A stretch of 64,000 nt of DNA from Eledone cirrhosa (taxonomy: Eukaryota): NCBI GenBank assembly GCA_964016885.1, contig OZ024744.1, positions 23,374,001-23,438,000 of the forward strand, written 5' to 3'. Shown here piece after piece: positions 56,001 through 64,000 of the stretch. Below the pieces are notes generated by a model, which was not told the DNA's origin, did not search any database, and was given only the letters and a program-made list of their open reading frames with translations. Position 1 is the stretch's first letter, and each line of letters starts with the position of its first letter. The position numbers and the translations under genes were made by a program.

Positions 56001-59000
56001 AACAAAAGTTGAATCTTAAGATAAAACTTGTTTTAACAACAGTTGAATCTTAAGAACTGACTCGTTTTAACAACGGCTGAATTTTAAGATAAACTCGTTT
56101 TAACAACAGTTGAATCTTAAGAACTGACTCGTTTTAACAACAGCTAAATCTTAAGATAAAACTCGTTTTAACAACAGTTGAATCTTAAGAACTGACTCGT
56201 TTTATCAGCAGTTCAACCTTAAGAACTGACTCATGTTAACAACAGTTGAATCTTCAAATAAAATTCGTTTTAACAACAGTTGAATCTTAAGATAAAAGTC
56301 GTTGTAACAACAGTTGAATCTTAAGGTAAAATTCGTTTTAACAACAGTTGAATCTTAAGAACTGACTCGTTTTAACAACAGCTGAATCTTAAGATAAAAT
56401 TCGTTTTAACAACAGTTGAATCTTAAGAACTGACTCGTTTTATCAACAGTTCAACCTTAAGCACTGACTCGTTTTAACAACAGTTGAATCTTCAAATAAA
56501 ACTCGTTTTAACAACAGTTGAATCTTAAGAACTGACTCGTTTTAACAACAGCTATATCTTAAGATAAAACTCGTTTTAACAACAGTTGAATCTTAAGAAC
56601 TGACTCGTTTTATCAACAGTTCAACCTTAAGCACTGACTCGTTTTAACAACAGTTGCATCTTCAAATAAAACTCGTTTTAACAACAGTTGATTCTTCAGA
56701 ACTGACTCGTTTTAACAACAGTTGAATCTTAAGATAAAACTCGTTTTAACAACAGTTGAATCTTAAGAACTTACTCATTTTAACAACAGCTGAATCTCTA
56801 GATAAAACTCGTTTTAACAACAGTTGAATATTAAGAACTGACTCGTTTTATCAACAGTTCAACCTTAAGAACTGACTCGTTTTAACAACAGTTGAATCCT
56901 CAAATAAAACTCGTTTTAACAACAGTTGAATCTTAAGAACTGACTCATTTTAACAACAGTTGAATCTTAAGATAAAACTCGTTTTAACAACAGTTGAATC
57001 TTAAGAACTGACTCGTTTTAACAACGGCTGAATTTTAAGATAAACTCGTTTTAACAACAGTTGAATCTTTAGAACTGACTCGTTTTAACAACAGCTAAAT
57101 CTTAAGATAAAACTCGTTTTAACAACAGTTGAATCTTAAGGTAAAATTCGTTTTAACAACAGTTGAATCTTAAGAACTGACTCGATTTAACAACAGCTGA
57201 ATCCTCAAATAAAACTCGTTTTAACAACAGTTGAATCTTAAGAACTGACTCGTTTTAACAACAGTTGAATCTTAAGATAAAACTCGTTTTAACAACAGTT
57301 GAATTTTAAGAACTGACTCATTTTAACAACAGTTGAATCTTAAGAACTGATTCGTTTTAACAACAGTTGAATCTTCAGATAAAACTCGTTTTAACTACAG
57401 TTGAATCTTAAGAACTGACTAGTTTTAACAACAGTTGAATCTTAAGATAAAACTCGTTTTTACAACAGATGAATCTTAAGAACTGACTCGTTTTAACAAC
57501 AGTTGAATCTTAAGAACTGATTCGTTTTAACAACAGTTGAATCTTAAGATAAAACTCGTTTTAACAACAGTTGAATCTTAAGAACTGATTCGTTTTAACA
57601 ACAGCTGAATCTTAAGATAAAACTCGTTTTACAACAGTTGAATCTTAAGAACTGACTCGTTTTATCAACAGTTCAACCTTAAGAACTGACTCATCTTAAC
57701 AACAGTTGAATCTTCAAATAAAACTCGTTTTAACAACAGTTGAATCTTAAGAACTGATTCGTTTTAACAACAGCTGAATCTTAAGATAAAACTCGTTTTA
57801 ACAACAGTTGAATCTTAAGAACTGACTCGTTTTAACAACAGCTAAATCTTAAGATAAAACTCGTTTTAACAACAGTTGAATCTTAAGAACTGACTCGTTT
57901 TAACAACAGTTGAATCTTAAGATAAAACTCGTTTTAACAACAGTTGAATTTTAAGAACTGACTCATTTTAACAACAGTTGAATCTTAAGAACTGATTCGT
58001 TTTAACAACAGTTGAATCTTAAGATAAAATTCGTTTTAACAACAGTTGAATCTTAAGAACTGATTCGTTTTAACAACAGCTGAATCTTAAGATAAATCTC
58101 GTTTTAACAACAGTTGATTCTTAAGGTAAAATTCGTTTTAACAACAGTTGAATCTTAAGAACTGACTCGTTTTAACAACAGTTGAATCTTAAGATAAAAC
58201 TCGTTTTAACAACAGTTGAATCTTAAGAACAGACTCATTTTAACAACAGTTGAATTTTAAGATAAAACTCGTTTTAACAACAGTTGAATCTTAAGAACTG
58301 ACTCGTTTTATCAACAGTTCAACCTTAAGCACTGACTCGTTTTAACAACAGTTGAATCTTCAAATAAAACTCGTTTTAACAACAGTTGATTCTTCAGAAC
58401 TGACTCGTTTTAACAACAGTTGAATCTTAAGATAAAACTCGTTTTAACAACAGTTGAATCTTAAGAACTGACTCATTTTAACAACAGCTGAATCTTTAGA
58501 TAAAACTCGTTTTAACAACAGTTGAATCTTAAGAACTGACTCGTTTTATCAACAGTTCAACCTTAAGAACTGACTCGTTTTAACAACAGTTGAATCCTCA
58601 AATAAAACTCGTTTTAACAACAGTTGAATCTTAAGAACTGACTCATTTTAACAACAGTTGAATCTTAAGATAAAACTCGTTTTAACAAGAGTTGAATCTT
58701 AAGAACTGACTCGTTTTAACAACGGCTGAATTTTAAGATAAACTCGTTTTAACAACAGTTGAATCTTAAGAACTGACTCGTTTTAACAACAGCTAAATCT
58801 TAAGATAAAACTCGTTTTAACAACAGTTGAATCTTAAGAACTGACTCGTTTTATCAACAGTTCAACCTTAAGAACTGACTCATCTTAACAACAGTTGAAT
58901 CTTCAAATAAAATTCGTTTTAACAACAGTTGAATCTTAAGAACTGACTCGTTTTAACAACAGTTGAATCTTAAGATACAACACGTTTTAACAACAGTTGA

Positions 59001-62000
59001 ATCTTAAGAACTGACTCGTTTTATCAACAGTTCAACCTTAAGCACTGACTCGTTTTAACAACAGTTGAATCTTCAAATAAAACTCGTTTTAACAACAGTT
59101 GATTCTTCAGAACTGACTCGTTTTAACAACAGTTGAATCTTAAGATAAAACTCGTTTTAACAACAGTTGAATCTTAAGAACTGACTCATTTTAACAACAG
59201 TTGAATCTTAAGAACTGATTCGTTTTAACAACAGTTGAATCTTCAGATAAAACTCGTTTTAACTACAGTTGAATCTTAAGAACTGACTAGTTTTAACAAC
59301 AGTTGAATCTTAAGATAAAACTCGTTTTAACAACAGTTGAATCTTAAGAACTGGCTCATTTTAACAACAGTTGAATCTTAAGAACTGATTCGTTTTAACA
59401 ACAGTTGAATCTTAAGATAAAACTCGTTTTAACAACAGTTGAATCTTAAGAACTGACTCGTTTTAACAACAGCTGAATCTTAAGATAAAACTCGTTTTAC
59501 AACAGTTGAATATTAAGAACTGACTCGTTTTATCAACAGTTCAACCTTAAGAACTGACTCGTTTTAACAACAGTTGAATCCTCAAATAAAACTCGTTTTA
59601 ACAACAGTTGAATCTTAAGAACTGACTCATTTTAACAACAGTTGAATCTTAAGATAAAACTCGTTTTAACAACAGTTGAATCTTAAGAACTGACTCGTTT
59701 TAACAACGGCTGAATTTTAAGATAAACTCGTTTTAACAACAGTTGAATCTTAAGAACTGACTCGTTTTAACAACAGCTAAATCTTAAGATAAAACTCGTT
59801 TTAACAACAGTTGAATCTTAAGAACTGACTCGTTTTAACAACAGTTGAATCTTAAGATAAAACTCGTTTTAACAACAGTTGAATTTTAAGAACTGACTCA
59901 TTTTAACAACAGTTGAATCTTAAGAACTGATTCGTTTTAACAACAGTTGAATCTTCAGATAAAACTCGTTTTAACTACAGTTGAATCTTAAGAACTGACT
60001 AGTTTTAACAACAGTTGAATCTTAAGATAAAACTCGTTTTTACAACAGTTGAATCTTAAGAACTGACTCGTTTTAACAACAGTTGAATCTTAAGAACTGA
60101 TTCGTTTTAACAACAGCTGAATCTTAAGATAAAACTCGTTTTACAACAGTTGAATCTTAAGAACTGACTCGTTTTATCAACAGTTCAACCTTAAGAACTG
60201 ACTCATCTTAACAACAGTTGAATCTTCAAATAAAACTCGTTTTAACAACAGTTGAATCTTAAGAACTGATTCGTTTTAACAACAGCTGAATCTTAAGATA
60301 AAACTCGTTTTAACAACAGTTGAATCTGAAGCATTGACTCGTTTTAACAACGGCTGAATTTTAAGATAAACTCGTTTTAACAACAGTTGAATCTTAAGAA
60401 CTGACTCGTTTTAACAACAGCTAAATCTTAAGATAAAACTCGTTTTAACAACAGTTGAATCTTAAGAACTGACTCGTTTTATCAACAGTTCAACCTTAAG
60501 AACTGACTCATCTTAACAACAGTTGAATCTTCAAATAAAATTCGTTTTAACAACAGTTGAATCTTAATAACTGATTCGTTTTAACAACAGCTGAATCTTA
60601 AGATAAAACTCGTTTTAACAACAGTTGAATCTTAAGGTAAAATTCGTTTTAACAACATTTGAATCTTAAGAACTGACTCGTTTTAACAACAGTTGAATCT
60701 TAAGATAAAACTCGTTTTAACAACAGTTGAATCTTAAGAACTGACTCATTTTAACAACAGTTGAATCTTAAGATAAAACTCGTTTTAACAACAGTTGAAT
60801 CTTAAGAACTGACTCGTTTTATCAACAGTTCAACCTTAAGCACTTACTCGTTTTAACAACAGTTGAATCTTCAAATAAAACTCGTTTTAACAACAGTTGA
60901 TTCTTCAGAACTGACTCGTTTTAACAACAGTTGAATCTTAAGATAAAACCCGTTTTAACAACAGTTGAATCTTAAGAACTGACTCATTTTAACAACAGCT
61001 GAATCTTTAGATAAAACTCGTTTTAACAACAGATGAATCTTAAGAACTGACTCGTTTTATCAACAGTTCAACATTAAGAACTGACTCGTTTTAACAACAG
61101 TTGAATCCTCAAATAAAACTCGTTTTAACAACAGTTGAATCTTAAGAACTGACTCATTTTAACAACAGTTGAATCTTAAGATAAAACTCGTTTTAACAAG
61201 AGTTGAATCTTAAGAACTGACTCGTTTTAACAACGGCTGAATTTTAAGATAAACTCGTTTTAACAACAGTTGAATCTTAAGAACTGACTCGTTTTAACAA
61301 CAGCTAAATCTTAAGATAAAACTCGTTTTAACAACAGTTGAATCTTAAGAACTGACTCGTTTTATCAACAGTTCAACCTTAAGAACTGACTCATCTTAAC
61401 AACAGTTGAATCTTAAGATAAAACTCGTTTTAACAAGAGTTGAATCTTAAGAACTGACTCGTTTTAACAACGGCTGAATTTTAAGATAAACTCGTTTTAA
61501 CAACTGTTGAATCTTAAGAACTGACTCATATTAACAACAGCTGAATCTTTAGATAAATCTCGTTTTAACAACAGTTGAATCTTAAGAACTGACTCGTTTT
61601 AACAACAGTTGAATCCTCAAATAAAACTCGTTTTAACAACAGTTGAATCATAAGAACTGACTCGTTTTAACAACAGTTGAATCTTAAGATAAAACTCGTT
61701 TTAACAACAGTTGAATCTTAAGAACTGACTCATTTTAACAACAGTTGAATCTTAAGAACTGATTCGTTTTAACAACAGTTGAATCTTCAGATAAAACTCG
61801 TTTTAACTACAGTTGAATCTTAAGAACTGACTAGTTTTAACAACAGCTAAATCTTAAGATAAAACTCGTTTTAACAACAGTTGAATCTTAAGAACTGGCT
61901 CATTTTAACAACAGTTGAATCTTAAGAACTGATTCGTTTTAACAACAGTTGAATCTTAAGATAAAACTCGTTTTAACAACAGTTGAATCTTAAGAACTGA

Positions 62001-64000
62001 CTCGTTTTAACAAGAGCTGAATCTTAAGATAAAACTCGTTTTACAACAGTTGAATCTTAAGAACTGACTCGTTTTATCAACAGTTCAACCTTAAGAAGTG
62101 ACTCATCTTAACAACAGTTGAATCTTCAAATAAAACTCGTTTTAACAACAGTTGAATCTTTAGAACTGATTCCTTTTAACAACAGCTGAATCTTAAGATA
62201 AAACTCGTTTTAACAACAGTTGAATCTTAAGATAAAATTCGTTTTAACAACAGTTGAATCTTAAGAACTGATTCGTTTTAACAACAGCTGAATCTTAAGA
62301 TAAAACTCGTTTTAACAACAGTTGAATCTTAAGGTAAAATTCGTTTTAACAACAGTTGAATCTTAAGATAAAACTCGTTTTAACAACAGTTGAATCTTAA
62401 GATAAAACTCGTTTTAACAACAGTTGAATCTTAAGAACTGACTCATTTTAACAACAGTTGAATCTTAAGATAAAACTCGTTTTAACAACAGTTGAATCTT
62501 AAGAACTGACTCGTTTTATCAACAGTTCAACCTTAAGCACTGACTCGATTTAACAACAGTTGAATCTTCAAATAAAACTCGTTTTAACAACAGTTGATTC
62601 TTCAGAACTGACTCGTTTTAACAACAGTTGAATCTTAAGATAAAACTCGTTTTAACAACAGTTGAATCTTAAGAACTGACTCATTTTAACAACAGCTGAA
62701 TCTTTAGATAAAACTCGTTTTAACAACAGTTGAATCTTAAGAACTGACTCGTTTTATCAACAGTTCAACCTTAAGAACTGACTCGTTTTAACAACAGTTG
62801 AATCCTCAAATAAAACTCGTTTTAACAACAGTTGAATCTTAAGAACTGACTCATTTTAACAACAGTTGAATCTTAAGATAAAACTCGTTTTAACAAGAGT
62901 TGAATCTTAAGAACTGACTCGTTTTAACAACGGCTGAATTTTAAGATAAACTCGTTTTAACAACAGTTGAATCTTAAGAACTGACTCGTTTTAACAACAG
63001 CTAAATCTTAAGATAAAACTCGTTTTAACAACAGTTGAATCTTAAGAACTGACTCGTTTTATCAACAGTTCAACCTTAAGAACTGACTCATCTTAACAAC
63101 AGTTGAATCTTCAAATAAAATTTGTTTTAACAACAGTTGAATCTTAAGAACTGACTCGTTTTAACAACAGTTGAATCTTAAGATAAAACTCGTTTTAACA
63201 ACAGTTGAATCTTAAGAACTGACTCATTTTAACAACAGCTGAATCTTAAGATAAAACTCGTTTTAACAACAGTTGAATCTTAAGATAAAATTCGTTTTAA
63301 CAACTGTTGAATCTTAAGAACTGACTCGTTTTAACAACAGCTGAATCTTAAGATAAAACTCGTTTTAACAACAGTTGAATCTTAAGAACTGACTCGTTTT
63401 ATCAACAGTTCAACCTTAAGCACTGACTCGTTTTAACAACAGTTGAATCTTCAAATAAAACTCGTTTTAACAACAGTTGATTCTTCAGAACTGACTCGTT
63501 TTAACAACAGTTGAATCTTAAGATAAAACTCGTTTTAACAACAGTTGAATCTTAAGAACTGACTCATATTAACAACAGCTGAATCTTTAGATAAATCTCG
63601 TTTTAACAACAGTTGAATCTTAAGAACTGACTCGTTTTAGCAACAGTTGAATCCTCAAATAAAACTCGTTTTAACAACAGTTGAATCATAAGAACTGACT
63701 CGTTTTAACAACAGTTGAATCTTAAGATAAAACTCGTTTTAACAACAGTTGAATCTTAAGAACTGATTCATTTTAACAACAGTTGAATCTTAAGAACTGA
63801 TTCGTTTTAACAACAGTTGAATCTTCAGATAAAACTCGTTTTAACTACAGTTGAATCTTAAGAACTGACTAGTTTTAACAACAGTTGAATCTTAAGATAA
63901 AACTCGTTTTAACAACAGTTGAATCTTAAGAACTGGCTCATTTTAACAATAGTTGAATCTTAAGAACTGATTCGTTTTAACAACAGTTGAATCTTAAGAT
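44028..64000. repeat. Large duplication ~44028-51471 / ~56557-64000 (offset 12529 bp), second copy truncated by the window end
   Basis: Variants at constant offset: GCATC 44127/56656, CAGACTCA 45701/58230, GCATTGACTC 47802/60331, TTTTAGCAAC 51111/63640, AACAATAG 51421/63950. Confidence 0.93.
50370..56620. repeat. Block duplication ~50370-53050 / ~54180-56620 with stepwise offsets 3804, 3600 and 3566 bp
   Basis: AATTTG 50595/54399 and AATAG 51421/55225 (3804); AAGTGACTCATC 51811/55411 (3600); CAGGTG 52205/55771 and GCTATATC 52985/56551 (3566). The offsets differ by whole monomers (6 and 1). Confidence 0.87.

Larger units (their letters stand above)
1..64000. repeat. Satellite DNA tandem array, 34-bp monomer (~1,880 copies), consensus GA(ACTG/TAAA)ACTCGTTTTAACAACAGTTGAATCTTAA, with a 68-bp A/B dimer substructure
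   Basis: Directly visible: monomer A at 1-34, B at 35-68, A at 69-102 and so on to the window end. All copies are in one orientation. Most are 0-4 substitutions from their class consensus, with recurrent 33-bp and rare 35-bp length variants. Confidence 0.99.

Noticed and set aside
1-64000. Repetitive protein-coding ORF on either strand
   Set aside because: In the standard code each consensus monomer has + strand stops in all three frames (TAA at 15 and 32, TGA at 25). Minus-strand TAA codons close all frames within two monomers. A 34-bp unit with 33-bp variants cannot hold a reading frame.
1-64000. Telomeric repeat
   Set aside because: No G-rich strand, and the heterogeneous monomers with multi-kb higher-order duplications do not fit single-template telomerase synthesis. 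A subtelomeric or recombination-maintained terminal location cannot be excluded.
1-64000. Rolling-circle or sequencing concatemer artefact
   Set aside because: Rare variants recur at fixed multi-kb offsets and show regional layering, as expected of an evolved genomic array. Individual large duplications still need read confirmation.
1-64000. Hidden insertion, inversion, transposon or RNA gene (TTAA sites are piggyBac-type targets)
   Set aside because: Reading through the window, I found no non-satellite sequence and no reverse-oriented monomer.
1-64000. A/B monomer order as an encoded message or recorded memory
   Set aside because: Alternation plus cassette duplication and deletion explains the order, and no writing or reading machinery is evident.

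Overview
The whole 64 kb window is one uninterrupted, head-to-tail, AT-rich (~29% GC from the consensus) satellite array of about 1,880 copies of a 34-bp monomer. It runs off both ends. Two monomer classes mostly alternate: A = GAACTGACTCGTTTTAACAACAGTTGAATCTTAA and B = GATAAAACTCGTTTTAACAACAGTTGAATCTTAA, giving a 68-bp dimer. I found no genes, RNA genes, transposon insertions, inversions or CRISPR spacers. The information lies in the variant pattern, which forms a hierarchy: possible 17-bp ancestral half-unit, 34-bp monomer, 68-bp dimer, reusable 4-7-monomer cassettes, a 781-bp 23-mer, and recent near-identical block duplications at offsets of 1868, ~3396, ~3600, 4381, 4516, 5738, 6993 and 12529 bp. 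Some variant alleles are confined to parts of the window. This organisation is typical of eukaryotic centromeric or heterochromatic satellite DNA, but neither organism nor function can be assigned from the sequence, and I cannot support a novel gene system here. Offsets were measured by eye from shared rare variants, and block boundaries are approximate (about +/- one monomer or more).
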